Of a stretch of 64,000 nt of DNA, positions 1-13,227 are shown one piece after another. The notes under the pieces are model-generated. The model did not search any database. It was given only the letters and a program-made list of their open reading frames with translations, and had not been told where the DNA came from. The stretch is from Octopus sinensis (lineage: Eukaryota): contig NC_043004.1 in the NCBI RefSeq assembly GCF_006345805.1, forward strand, positions 57,040,001 through 57,104,000, written 5' to 3'. Made by a program: the position numbers and the translations under genes. Positions within the stretch are counted from its first letter, which is position 1; each line of letters starts with the position of its first letter.

Positions 1-487
1 AAGTATTAGTCAGAGAAAAATAACCTACGTTATTCTTTATTTTTGAAAAATAACCTACGTTATTCTTTATTTTTGCTATTCTGTTGGAACTTTATGTCTG
101 TTTTCGTATTGGTTTACGTATAAATCTTTAGTGCTTCTGACTAATACCGCCTCTGTCGCAATGATTTATTAATTTCCTGTTGTGTCATAATATTCCACGA
201 TAACCGATTTATAGCAAGTTAAGCATGAATTTGAAACGTAACCTTCCGTTTTAATAATAGCCACGAGACACTGCCCTGTGTTGCTCATTAAAAAGGCCCT
301 GTGTTGCTCATTAAAAAGGCCCTTTGTATATCGCAGTGTCAATTTTTTCCCAATATCTGGATTGTTTTTAATTTTTTTTTTTTTTGCTTTCTCTTTTATA
401 AGGAGCTATTGTTAAATTTTCTCTCCTGTAGAAATCAAAGCAACAAAACAAAACCGTATTACTCAACTCCTTGGAAACGTGTAGAAA

Positions 488-1089
488 TACTCTTTTCTAC
501 TCTAATCACAAGGCCCGAAATTTTGGGGGACGAGGCCAGTCGATTAGATCGACTCCAGTACGCAACTGGTACTTAATTTATTAGAACGTAAAGACGAACA
601 AAAGACCGCTAAGCATTTTGCCTGGCGTGCTAACATTTCTTATTTCTTTATTGCCCACAGGGGGCTAAATATAGAGGGGATAAACAAGGACAGACAAGGG
701 GATTAAGTCGATTCTATCGACATCAGTGCGTAACTAGTACTTATTTAATCGAAGCTGAAAGGATGGAATTCAAAGTCGACCTCGGCGGAATTTGAACTAA
801 GAACGTAAAAACAGACGAGATGCCGCTAAACATTTCGCCCGGCGTGCTAACGTTTCTTATTTCCTTATTGCCCACAATGGGCTAAACATAGAGGGGACAA
901 ACAAGGACAGGCAATGGGATTAAGTCGATTGCATCGACCCAGTGCGTAACTGGTACTTTATATATCGACCCCGAAAGGATGAAAGGCAAAGTCGACCTCG
1001 GAGGAATTTGAACTCAGAACGTAACAGCAGGCGAAATACCGCTAAGCATTTCGCCCGGTGTGCTAACGTTTCTGCCAGCTCGCCGCCTT
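488..1089 (-). mobile_element. SINE family 1 (tRNA-derived, Meta/MESC-like core), head-to-tail array of about 3 units
   Basis: Minus strand starts aaggcggcgagctggcagaaacgttagc (A-box-like), has B-box-like gagttcaaattcc and core gtcgactttgcctttcatcctttcggggtcga. Many dispersed copies in the window. The Meta-domain label is from recall. Confidence 0.85.
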
Positions 1090-3302
1090 TGTAGAAATAT
1101 TGAAATGCTGCAAATACCGTTCCACTGATGTCTTAGGTTTGTCAACTTGAAATATTTTAGCACATTCAATACTTTCTTTTTACTTGTATACGCAGAATAA
1201 TATATATTGGTGTTTGTGTGTTCCAGCCCTTTGCGTTCTGAGTTCAAATTGCGCAGTGAATTATTTCTTTGATAGACTTCATTTCTATCATCCAGCTTAC
1301 TACTACCTCTTATAACCTTGTGCCTTTTGCGTAGTCGATTCAGAGACTGGCTTGCTATTTGTCTCGGAGGTAAAGGAAATTGAAAAATGTAATGGTTAAT
1401 AAATTTCTGTCGAGACGGAATTATTAAATAAAAATAATCTCACATATTCAAAGTGTCCACTGCAGAATATCAGCTATTTGTCAGATACTATGTATAATAT
1501 AATCTTAGATAAATTCTTCCTACCTACTCTAAACTATCGTTTCGTTGATCAAATATTTATGCTTACTTTAACTATTACCTGTTGGTGACTTTATAAATTT
1601 GTCTTTCCATAACTTCTGAACTTTTCCAGGTTTATAACCTTAAGAATAGTATTTGTCTCGCTCGCATTTTTCCGTGTAATATCAAATGTGCAACTGTTTT
1701 GTATAATCACCACTAGTATCATGATGCTGATAATAACTATACTCTCCTGGCAAATCTCAGCATAATACAGTCACAACGTATCTAAAGACTAGATAGCATT
1801 GCTTTTCAGATAGGGAGTTTTTCTTTGTGAGTGGTATTGGTCTTTTATTTATGATCCTTTTCGTTGTTCGGGGCAGATTTATAGACTACTGAGGAGTGCA
1901 TATGAAAGAGCTATGCTACTGAATTGGACACTTCTTTATTATTGCAAAAGTTGTTTTAAGGTTAGATCAAATGTGATCGAACAGACATACGACGTAAAGT
2001 ATTTTGATCATCAGCGATTTATCATAGTATCTTGTTACACATAAATGCCACCTAATCATGAGCTTTCACAGACTAGGACAATGAAAATGTGGCTACTATA
2101 TTTTACGTGTTCCGCGACCACAATTTATTATTTATATATATGATGTTGAACTTTCATACTCCGCTCCCTTATATTTTATAATACTGGCTATTAATACCAA
2201 CATTTTTGGCTTAGGATATTATTAGAATGCATTAGCACACCTAAGGCCGGTCTATATCGTGAGAGTGAAGCCGGGTAGACACGATCTGGATAAAACACGT
2301 CGAATGGACAGTTTGTATCTAAAGTCTAATTGTGTTCAACATAAGAATTAAGTTGAGCGTATATCTACCAGAGGAATACTCAGCCATCTACACTCTAAGT
2401 TAATGTAAAGAATTAGACTTTCAATTGATCGAACTGCATTATGCTCGTCGTAGAAACCATGGTCCTGTTTTTCTTGAAAAAAAAAAACAAATGTTTGTGA
2501 AAGGAATTAATACACATATTCTGATTATATTCCCCTATATATTAGCCTTTATTCGTGCATGTTCTAACTATGAATGAGATTATATTATTTGACTGTAATT
2601 AGGGTGGAGAGTTCACAGGGTGGCACGCTGGATAAAATGCTTAATGATATTTCTTCCACCTTTACGAAATTTCGAGGTCGACCTGGCCTTTCATACTTCT
2701 ATGGTCGATGAGATAAGAACTATTTGATCACTGAGGTCGACGGAATTGACTTAAACCTCCCCCAATATTTCGGCCCTTGTGTGTACGTAAAAATGGTTTA
2801 CTGATTATTAACTTATAATATGAGCAAAATATCGCGTGATACTATCGCTTTATTTCACAAATGACCATTCAGTTAGATATGAAATCCGATAACAAATTAC
2901 CAGCTATATTCTATTTTCCTTTTCATCGGTGCTTCATAGTGATTAATATTTATCAAATGCAATGGGGGTGCCTGATTAAATATGCTAAATCTAATAGCAC
3001 TAAATTTGTTGGTATTGTGCATAATTTAGGCCATAAACACATGGATATGTTTCTATGGGAATTCATGTTCAAAACTGAAAACTGAAATGATGCACGCATA
3101 TGTGAAGAAACGCTTGAGCAAACACACATTAAAATTATACATAAGTGAATAGGGAGCCAAAATGTACCTATGTAAAAGTTTATTTCAGTCAGTGTTTGAA
3201 AACAAAATAGTACTTCAAATTTCATAATTTACATTTTACATTTTAAATGACAAGAGGCGTCACTTGAGGATGCTATATTCATTGCTCAAATTTTACACTT
3301 AC

Positions 3303-3347
3303 CATTTGACAAAGCGGGATCACTATCAGAATGAGTATATCTTTCAT
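3303..3347 (-). other. Possible 45-nt internal exon (peptide DERYTHSDSDPALSNG)
   Basis: Minus strand acag|ATGAAAG...TCAAATG|gtaagt: perfect donor, symmetric phase-1 exon, open frame. The acceptor lacks a polypyrimidine tract and I recognise no homology. Confidence 0.15.
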
Positions 3348-3578
3348 CTGTTTCAGTGAGTCGACTGCCATAATGGTGCAACATGTTGGAAGGTTTACAT
3401 AAACGAATTCACTCCAATACATACTTCTTAAACCATATTCTACAGTCTCCATTGCCGAACCGCAAATTTGCGGGCACGTAAAAAATTCAACAATACAATA
3501 TGACTCATGCATAGATATTTAAATGTATATATACTACGGTCTTCTTTCACTTTTCGCATTTGAAATCCACGCACAAGG

Positions 3579-3631
<53 letters not shown>

Positions 3632-3785
3632 TTATTTTTATCATTATAACAAATGATTCTGAATAATGGTTAATCATATTTGAAATTCCCTTTTCCTGTA
3701 TGATAGGACTAAATTACTGAGATAAACTTCGCAAATCATTATAGAAAAGATGAAAAAATTCTCGCTTTTCACTTCTAAAATATTC

Positions 3786-4182
3786 GTTTCTACTCTACGC
3801 ACAAGACATGGAATTTTGAGGGAGGGGGGCTACTGGATTACATCGACCCCAGTACGCAACCGGTACTTAATATATCGACCCCGAAAGGATGAAAGGCAAT
3901 GTCGACCTCGGCGGAATTTGAACTCAGAACATAGCGGCAGACGAAATACCTATTTCTTTACTACCCATAAGGAGATAAATACAGAGAGGACAAGCAAGGA
4001 CAGACAAACGGATTAAGTCGATTATATCGCCCCCAGTACGTAATTGGTACTTAATTTATCGACCCCGAATGGATGAAGGGAAAAGTCGACCTCGGCAGAA
4101 TTTGAACTCAGAACGTAGCGGCAGATGAAATACGGCTACGCATTTACCCGGCGTGCTAACGTTTCTGCCAGCTCGCCGCCTT
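3786..4182 (-). mobile_element. SINE family 1, two-unit array
   Basis: Same head, core and tail as 488-1089; internal junction near 3950. Confidence 0.85.
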
Positions 4183-6614
4183 TTACTTCTAAAATATTTC
4201 ATAGAAATGTTGCACCGTGTATTTAACTGTCCGTAGTTTTACTTCATACTCTAGCAATATTTTCTTTATGATGATTCCAGCAAAAAAATCATTACATCTT
4301 CCTACGCGAAAACGACTAAGATTTTGTGTTGTTGCACAACCTTCCATATATAAATTCCACATTGTGCTGCCTTATAAAACAAAACATTTTATAATAGATA
4401 ATGCAGTGCTTGATATAGAAAGAAAAAAAAATGAAGAAACCAAACCATGTGATGGTTACAGCTGGGATTCCTTTGATCCTAAATCCCATTATTTTAGGGA
4501 TGGCCTCCGACTACATGACAACTTTGTGTTTTCTACTCTCGATAAATATGCTTTAAACTAATACTGTACTAAAATATCAGCACTACTATAATTTGATAGA
4601 ACAGGTAGTTTTTAAATGAACTATTGAAAATAAGACAATAAAAAAAGATTATCAAACATAGTTGAATCTTCTCTAGAGTAGTTTTTGTGTCATGTTTGCC
4701 TTATCGACCAAGAAATCACGAAATGAGGGTGGGGGTGATTTAAAATAAGTCCCATTAAGATTAGTGATGAAACCTCCGGCCAAAACTTTCTATGTAACAC
4801 ACAACTTATACCTAACTCATAAACGGGATCTAAAAATATCAGTATCACGTGGCAACACCAAGATGTACGAAGCGTGAGATTCAATTAATCACCTCAAAAC
4901 ACAATGCTCACTCAATGCTATTTCCATATTGTTTTGTACACTAGCTGAATAAAGAGGAAAAAAACAACAAAACATTATGATTATTAAACCTCTAGAAAGC
5001 AGAATCCATGGAAACATCATAAAAGTTTAGACGGAATGAAAGAAATGGTTCTAATTAATAGTCTTTTCATTTCAATCCATCTTTATTTTCTGTTCTGTTT
5101 TATTCTAGCAACTTAATCTATTTTTCACAGACATTAGAGAACAGTGTCTCCTCACAGAACACTGACATCTTTATTTTGATTTATTATAATGCTAATGCAA
5201 TTAAAATAATACTAAAAAGCAAAAGAACAATTATCAACTGGAACAAGAACAACAACACATGGATACAAAATTTTAATAAGACGAAGAAGAAAAATTATTA
5301 AAATCAAGCAACAAAACATTGTAAAGTCGGAAGCAAAAAAAAAACGTTAACGAATTAAAAATTAAACATAAAATAATAATTCAAAGAGGGAATGAGAATC
5401 AGTGAGAAATAAGAGGTTTCAATTTCCAGTTGAAGATATTTCGTATTATGTAAGAATCTTAATAAAATCATGCACATCACGAAGAGTTATTCATCTCGTT
5501 CTTTGAAGCATAAATCAAATACGAATAATTATGAATAATGAATATTAATAAACAAAGCATAACTATTACAAGAGAATAATATAATAACTAATGAATGTAA
5601 AAATAACATCAGCATCTAATGAAGCCAAACTACATTTAAGAATGGTTGGTGTGTGTGAAAAACTATGGCTTGGGCACTGTTTTCGTCTTACATCCTACTC
5701 CAACTATTTCCCGTCAGATTCTGCCCCAACTCTTTCCTATTCCGTCGTCCCACATAATAATAATCACATAAATCTTCCTATTCCGCCGTCCCACATAATA
5801 ATAATCACATAATTCTTGAAGTGAATCGGATCGAATGTGTATTAATATATTACCGGCACTTTATATCAGCTCCACAACAAATAAAAACCAATCACATCAA
5901 ACTCTGATAAACGAAAAATAAATCAACGGAGGAAGTAAAAGGTAGTGTCGTATTTGTTAGCATATTAGACGCACACTTTTTTTTCCAAAAGGTGTCTGAA
6001 CAGAGCAACTTGCATCCTATTTTCGACACCGGGCCTGTATTTCATGACGTTATTTTGAATTTGCTTGGTAGAAATTCGAGTGCGTTCTTTATGCCATCAA
6101 ATATAATACATAGTCGTTTCTAAAATATATTATAATTTCTTTCCGTACGTAAATAATCTATCGATGTATTGGGGAAGTGGAGTGCTACGTGAAGTGCAAA
6201 GGATTTTTACCAAATGTAGTAATAGTGTAGATCTCTTGTAAACAAATACTGACAACAATTCATGATCAATTATCGGGAATAGCTTATACTATACCGCCCT
6301 AAAATCTTGATGAAATGAATGAAGAGCAGAATAATACAAGATAGAATTTCTGGAGACTAAATAGTAAAAAGACACAGTAGATATTTATAGGTAATTAACA
6401 CGGAATGTACAAAAATATAACAATTGCATTCAAGTCACATTTTGAATTCTCATAATTTATCATAAATTTTATTCGGCTAGATTTTTGTGTAGATCATTTG
6501 TATATACTGTCAGATAAAGACACATACTTTATATTGTCCTTAGTTTTAACAGTTTAACGAAGTGTACGTTGGAAGAGAAGCTCCCAAGATCGGATGGCTA
6601 ATTTTTTACATCAG

Positions 6615-6990
6615 CAATACTAGTTTTAGGGCAAGTGGTTTATTCGATTACCCCGACTCCACTGCTCAAATGGCATATAAATCTTATCGATCTCGAAAGG
6701 GATGAAAAGCAAAATTTACTCCGCCGGTATTTGAATTCAGAAGGTAAAGAGCGGGAAAAATACTGCTACTCATTTGATTCGATGCACTAGCCGCCTTAAT
6801 CGTTAGTTCAATAATAGTTTCTATTATAACTATAAGGTGTGAGATTTCAGGGAGGAGATTATCGATTATATCGAGCCCTATGTTCAACTGTTAATTATAT
6901 TATCGATACCGAAAGAATGGAAAGCAAGGTCGATCTCGGCGTAAAGATGGACGAAATGACGCTAAAACTTTTGTCCATCATTACAATAAT
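6615..6990 (-). mobile_element. SINE family 1, degraded copies
   Basis: gaaagggatgaaaagcaaaatttactccgccggtatttgaattcagaa and gaaagcaaggtcgatctcggcg are diverged cores. Confidence 0.6.
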
Positions 6991-7666
6991 AATTCAGATA
7001 TTGCCCTTCCTGAGTAAAAGCCTTGTATGGGTTAGTTAAATCGCTTTACATTTTGAGTTCAAATCTCTCGGAGCCCACTACAAAAAGAAACAAGAACGTA
7101 ATTAAATATTCAGCTCAATCTAATAGACTAATACTCTCCCGCTATGATTGCTGATGTGGTGCCATACTTTAAAACTATTATATCAATAACGATTACATCT
7201 AACTTAGGCACAATAATAGAAGTTTAGGTAAATGTAACTGAGTGTAAATCGATTCCAGTGTTTAACTAGATTTTATTTCATCGAACCGCACGTAGATGAA
7301 AGACAAAGTTGTTACCCTAAGAATATAAATTCGGAACGTCGTTTATATTTTCGGAGTTTGTCCTTCAGTATAGCAATTCCCTTTAGTGTACTTTGAAGCA
7401 AGGTGTATTATTTTGACTTCTACCATTGTTTGGCAGAAGGCTGAATAATTTGACCGCCACCCGTAAAGCTTTTTTTTATTCTCTCTCTGTGTATTTTCTC
7501 CTGTTCCTTTTTTTTTTTTGAAGATCTTAGATTCGAAACGTAAATACTTTCACACCTTCCCTAGCATTAAACTAGTACACATGTTTGTTGTTTATACACC
7601 TGTCTTCGACTTTTGTTTTTTATATAAATTCCAATTATATATATATATATGTGTGTGTGTATGTGT

Positions 7667-7730
<64 letters not shown>

Positions 7731-7859
7731 ATTTGGATTGAATAAGCCTCTTATGGTGCGCGGTATTTTCAGGCAAGTGAAACTCAGAGTAAATAGAGAA
7801 TAGCTCAAGCAACTTAGAATATATAGCTGAACACTTCTAGTGAATACTCTACTTACCCA

Positions 7860-8160
7860 ACAAATCGATCCCCAATAAGTCTGGTACTTATTGTGTAACG
7901 GATCTTGCCGAACCGCTAAGTTTCGGGGATGTAAACAAGCCAAATATGTTCTCCAGTGGTGATCGTGGACAAAAAACGCAAAAGCACACGCAGAAATATA
8001 TATTACGGGCTCGTTTCACTTACTCTGTACCAAACCGACTCACAAGGCTTTGCTCGGCCCGGAGCTACAATAGAAGACACATCCCCAAAGTACCACGCAT
8101 TGGGACTAAACCCTGAACTATTTGTTTGAGAAGAAAACATCTGATCACACAACCACGCTG
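7860..8160 (-). mobile_element. SINE family 2, degraded
   Basis: gccgaaccgctaagtttcggggatgtaaac and ccgactcacaaggctttgctcggcccgg match family 2 modules. Confidence 0.7.
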
Positions 8161-9589
8161 GCAAAACCCAAAAAAAAACAAAAAAAACTCCGGCTTGGAG
8201 AAATAGACTAAATGTTCGTCTCGCTGGAAATATTCTTAGAAATATGAATCAATAAATCAAAATCCATCAAAATATAATAAAAAAAACTTTCATCGTCTTA
8301 CATTATCATATAATACACTTAATTTGTATTAATAGTTAATTCTCCTTATTAGGCGCCACAGAACCTAGGTTTATATTGGAGACGTATCGTTTGTGGAACT
8401 GACTCCTACAATGTTCTTCAAGTGTTATATTGCCGTGTAAGGAGGGAAACGAAGACGAATAGAATAATCAACTGTAATAGGAGATATCAAAAATAAAATA
8501 AATATATCTAAATATGTATTGGTTATCATCCCTTGCTTGAGTAATACTAGGAGTTAAAAAGAAACAGTTTTATAACTGATAATGACAATAAAATGACTAT
8601 AACTTATACAGGAAGTCAAAATAAGCAACACGAGAATGGCTCGGTATAGTTAGACGTTGCCATAGACAGAGTGTGGGAATAACATCAGCAAACTGGAATT
8701 AATAGTTACATCATAAAATAATCAAAATAAAACCCAATAATTTATCGAAATCTGATGCAACAACGGGCAAAAATATTTAATATCACATCAATAACGAAAA
8801 GAGCAAAAATATGGAACTTACATTATACGGAGGTGTTCCGGCTCTTGACGTTAAATCAGAGCCATTTCTTCACTGGAATATTTCAATGAGCAGCGATCGA
8901 AAACCTTAGTGACTTATTTCAAAACAAATATTTATAGTGGGCCTCAGAAAATAGAAATATGATCATCATTACATTTTTTTCTGCCATTGAAACATGGCAC
9001 ACCAATATCATAATCTCAATACTCACCAGAAATATATACAGTCTCTGCTGGAAAAATGAAAATCGAAGCCGATCCCTAACGTAGATCTATGAAAGTAAAT
9101 GATTCGTGGAATGAGAAAAAGAAACATATCATTTATTTATTGTATTTTGTTCAGTAGTTTTCAGTTAAATGAGATATTCGCGAACTACACGTTTCACATT
9201 AATCAGTAAAGATACGACAAATGAAGATGAGAGGATATTTGATATATTTCAATGGATTATAAACTAAGGTTTATCACGTATTCGTTTAATTAATTGTTTT
9301 TGTAAAGGCCCAAACTGTATTATTATATTAGCTATGAGAGAGATAGAAAATCATTAAGAACGACAGATAAGTAGTTAGGACCAGAAGACGCGGCAACATT
9401 CAGAAAGCCAGCACAGATAATACAGAAAAATACGTAACTTTGAAGTGATAGCTTTCTGAGAAGCTTCACCAATTATATATATATGTGTGTGTGTGTGTGT
9501 GTTTGTGTATCTTTCCTTCTATGTACGTATGTATGCATGTATGCATCTATCTATCTATCTGTCTATCTATATGTATATATATATATATA

Positions 9590-9622
<33 letters not shown>

Positions 9623-9721
9623 ATGTTTATATATATATATATATATATGTAAAACCAAATCCAATGTATATATATATATATGCATATATAAATATATACA
9701 TGCATATTTACATATATATAT

Positions 9722-9931
9722 TTCCTTGACCGACCAGTCCGTCGGGCGTTTATTTGACACAGCACGCTGTCCACTCCTCTCTGGATCGCGCCTTTCTCAT
9801 CCACGTGATGCCAATCGTCCTCCTGAAATCGTAAACCCACCGTCGTGGAGGCCTTCCGGGTAGTCGTTTCCGCTCGCGCGGGTACCACTCGACAACTGCG
9901 CTGGTCCAGCGAATATCGGTGAGCCGCAGCA

Positions 9932-9935
<4 letters not shown>
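9722..9935 (-). mobile_element. RTE-clade LINE 3' fragment
   Basis: DIRWTSAVVEWYPRERKRLPGRPPRRWVYDFRRTIGITWMRKARSREEW matches the RTE ORF C-terminus pattern. aaaaccaaatccaat is duplicated on both sides (about 9651 and 9966), TSD-like. Confidence 0.8.
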
Positions 9936-9969
<34 letters not shown>

Positions 9970-10482
9970 CAAATCCAATATACATATATACATGTACATA
10001 CATACAAATATATACATACACATCCATATATAATGGTACAGGACGTCCCCAAAAGTAAACAATATGAAATACGTTCGATACACAAACAACGAAGGAAACA
10101 AATGGAAAACAGGACAAATGACACAAAAAGGACCCTTCATCCGTTGTCGCTTGTCTATTTACTCTCCATTTTGATCATTGAATGACAATATGAGACTTCG
10201 GAATCAGTGACTCACATAAGTACCAAAATATAATTTGGTATTTGAGGAGGGTTAAAGTTGGAAACAAGAACAAGACAGTGGAGACATACAAGGAAACCGA
10301 AAGGAAACAAACGTGGTGGATCGTTATACCAGAAAGAGGGCAAAATAGCGAACGCTGGGGGAATATTTTCTTTGACAAGAGAAAAGATAGAGGAGGGAGA
10401 TAAGATAGGTGTTGTCCTTAAGACAGCCCTGAAAGAAAAGAAAGATGATCAGGCGAAGAAGGGAAACATGGACGATAGTCAC

Positions 10483-10520
<38 letters not shown>

Positions 10521-10804
10521 ATGATATTAGGGAATAAATCCAAACTTACAGGGAAAAATGAGATTTAGGATTAAATCCAATTTTATAGTATAAATATATT
10601 ATATTATATTATATTAAATTAGAGATAAAACCACTATTAGGCAAATCAAACAGTGAAAAACAGAAGCCAATACATGAAATTAATTTAAAAATATAAAAGT
10701 TAAAAATAATTGATTAATAAATAAATTAATATATAAATATAAAAATATATATACATACATATATATATATATATTATATATATATATATAATATAATATA
10801 TATA

Positions 10805-10848
<44 letters not shown>

Positions 10849-10969
10849 ATATATATATAAATTTTTTAAGTTTAAATTATTTAAATAATTTTTTATTTTT
10901 AACTTTTATATTTTTAAATTAATTTTATGTATTGGCTTATGTTTTTCACTGTTTGATTTATCTCTAATA

Positions 10970-10980
10970 TAATATATATA

Positions 10981-11028
<48 letters not shown>

Positions 11029-11381
11029 CATGTATGTATATATGTATGTATATGTATATATATATATGTATATGTATATGTATATATATGTATGTATATA
11101 GATATTTATATGTGTGTATATATATATTTATATATATATATATATGTATATGTATATATATGTATGTATATGTATATATATGTATGTATATGTATATATG
11201 TATGTATATGTATATATATGTATATATATGTACATGTATATATATGTATGTAATGTATATATATGTATATATATGTACATGTATATATATATGTATATGT
11301 ATATATATGTATATGTATGTATATGTATGTATATGTATATATATGTATGTATAAATATGTATATATATATATGTGTATATG

Positions 11382-11430
<49 letters not shown>

Positions 11431-11470
11431 CATGTATGTAAGTATATAGATATAGATATGTATAAATATA
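10970..11470. repeat. Compound (TA)n/(TATG)n/(TACA)n microsatellite
   Basis: Directly visible; explains the IYIY/YMYI ORFs. Confidence 0.95.
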
Positions 11471-11638
11471 TATAAAGAATTTTTCGTTGAAATGTTGTTC
11501 TGAACATTTGTAGAGACCAGCCACATTTGGAATAAAAAATGCAGTTTCTCTGCTTTACCTTCAAGCAGTCAAACACGCACACATACATTTGATGAAGTGT
11601 TTGTGTGTGCGCGTGCACGTGTTTGGGTACATATCCAT

Positions 11639-11671
<33 letters not shown>

Positions 11672-11674
<3 letters not shown>

Positions 11675-11965
11675 CGGGTAAAATTCCCGAGGTCTAAGGA
11701 CGAGTTTTCTCCAGCGGTCTTTGTTCCTCATCATGGCTGCGATGTCGTATGTCTCTCAGAGATCAGTGTCTATCCTGAATGTATCAATATATGTCATCCT
11801 CGGTCTACCTCTTCTAGTGTTTCCATGTAGGTGCTCCCACACGTGCACTGAGCGCAGCAGCAACTCCGAATGACGGTAAGCATGATCCGCTAGCCTCAGT
11901 CTCCTCTGTGTTATTTTCGAGCTAACTATTGGGAGGCACTCGTACAGCACTGACTTCTTCATCCT
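11672..11965 (-). mobile_element. RTE-type LINE 3' fragment
   Basis: QRRLRLADHAYRHSE...WEHLHGNTRRGRPRMTYIDT resembles the RTE RRLRLAGH...GRP..TYID C-terminus; the 3' end runs into (TA)n. Confidence 0.8.
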
Positions 11966-12063
11966 AAGTCTTTACTGATTGATGTTCAGACTCATTCTCA
12001 GCACCTATCCACCAACCCTCTCCTAAATTTCTTAAATTTTCCCTTTTTTAAAAACATTTTTTA

Positions 12064-12480
12064 CGCAGGAGTGGCTGTGTGGTAAGTAACTTGCTTACCA
12101 GCCACATGGATCCGGGTTCAGTCCCACTGTGTGGCACCTTGGGCAAGTGTCTTCTGCTATAGCCTCGGGCCGACCAATTCCTTGTGAGTGGATTTGGTAG
12201 ACGGAAACTGAAAGAAGCCCGTCGTATATATGTATATATGTATATATATGTATGTGCGTGTATGTTTGTGTGTCTGTGTTAGTCCCCCTAGCATTGCTTG
12301 ACAACCGATGCTAGTGTGTTTATGTCCCCGTCACTTAGCGGTTCGGCAAAAGGGACCAATAGAATAAGTACTGGGCTTACATAAGAATAAGTCCCGGGGT
12401 CGATTTGTTCGACTAAAGGCGGTGCTCCAGCATGGCCGCTGTCAAATGACTGAAACAAGTTAAAGAGAGAAAAAAGAGAG
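12064..12480 (+). mobile_element. SINE family 2 (tRNA-derived head, internal TA/TG microsatellite, (AAGAGTA)n-like tail)
   Basis: gcaggagtggctgtgtggtaag (A box), gggttcagtccc (B box), gtggatttggtagacggaaactgaaagaagcccgtcg core, and 3' ctccagcatggccgctgtcaaatgactgaaacaag. Confidence 0.9.
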
Positions 12481-13227
12481 AGAGTGAAAATACGTAGAAA
12501 AATACGGAGATTACGATTCTGAGAAAAAAAATTGTAAAATTTTAAATTTTCAAAAGAAAATAATTAAACACACCCTCTCTACTAATGTTTCACGCATGCA
12601 TAGAATTATAAAATATCTAAACAGAAAATCTGACATGCCAGAAACACGTTTTCAAAATGTTATTACGAGTTACCAAAGAAGAAATATTTTCAAAATTTAA
12701 ACCCGCCCCAACCGGAAACCTGATGACAAGCTAGAAACGACAACCAGACCGAGGATCAACTTTCTAAATATGAATTTCCAAAAGAGAAACAAAGGATTTT
12801 AATGTCATATTTTTGTGTGCGTGTGCATTTGTGCATAAAATCTAATTTTTACATACCTGTCTTAATTCCAAACGACCCTCAACCAAAACATGTTCGTCAT
12901 GAAACATTAGAAGAGAAAGCGGTTTAATTTCACTTCTTGTCAGAGGTCGGATGGGACGGTGTTGTTCACTATATTTATATATTTTTTTTTTGTTCTTCAA
13001 AAATTGAAATTTTTCAGAATTTTTTTCAGAATCATAATCCCCGTATTTTTCTACGTATTTCGCCAAAATTTTTTTTTTTTTAAGTGGAAATTTTAGGGGG
13101 TGAGGGGTAAAGGGTGGGGAGATTAAATTTTGACATGCAGATTGCTTTGCAGACTTGGAGCCTTCGCCATCGATAAAGTGTGTTCCAATAAAAAAAAAAA
13201 ATAAATAAAATAATCGCAAAGAGGGTG

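Noticed and set aside
16-325. Short tandem duplications (about 30 bp at 16-76, 23 bp at 278-323; also about 5738-5812 and 60562-60635)
   Set aside because: Only two units each with no spacers: ordinary slippage or assembly duplications, not CRISPR-like.
7518-7548. UUGAAGA…GAAACGUA hammerhead-like string
   Set aside because: U3 is paired with G8, stem II is poor, and stem I would be only A/U.
10095-10160. Minus-strand cggatgaagggtcc in a PLE-like repeat end
   Set aside because: No GAAA half or closing stems can be found.
12716-12750. CUGAUGA-caagcta-GAAAC
   Set aside because: No stem II, stem III or stem I pairing.
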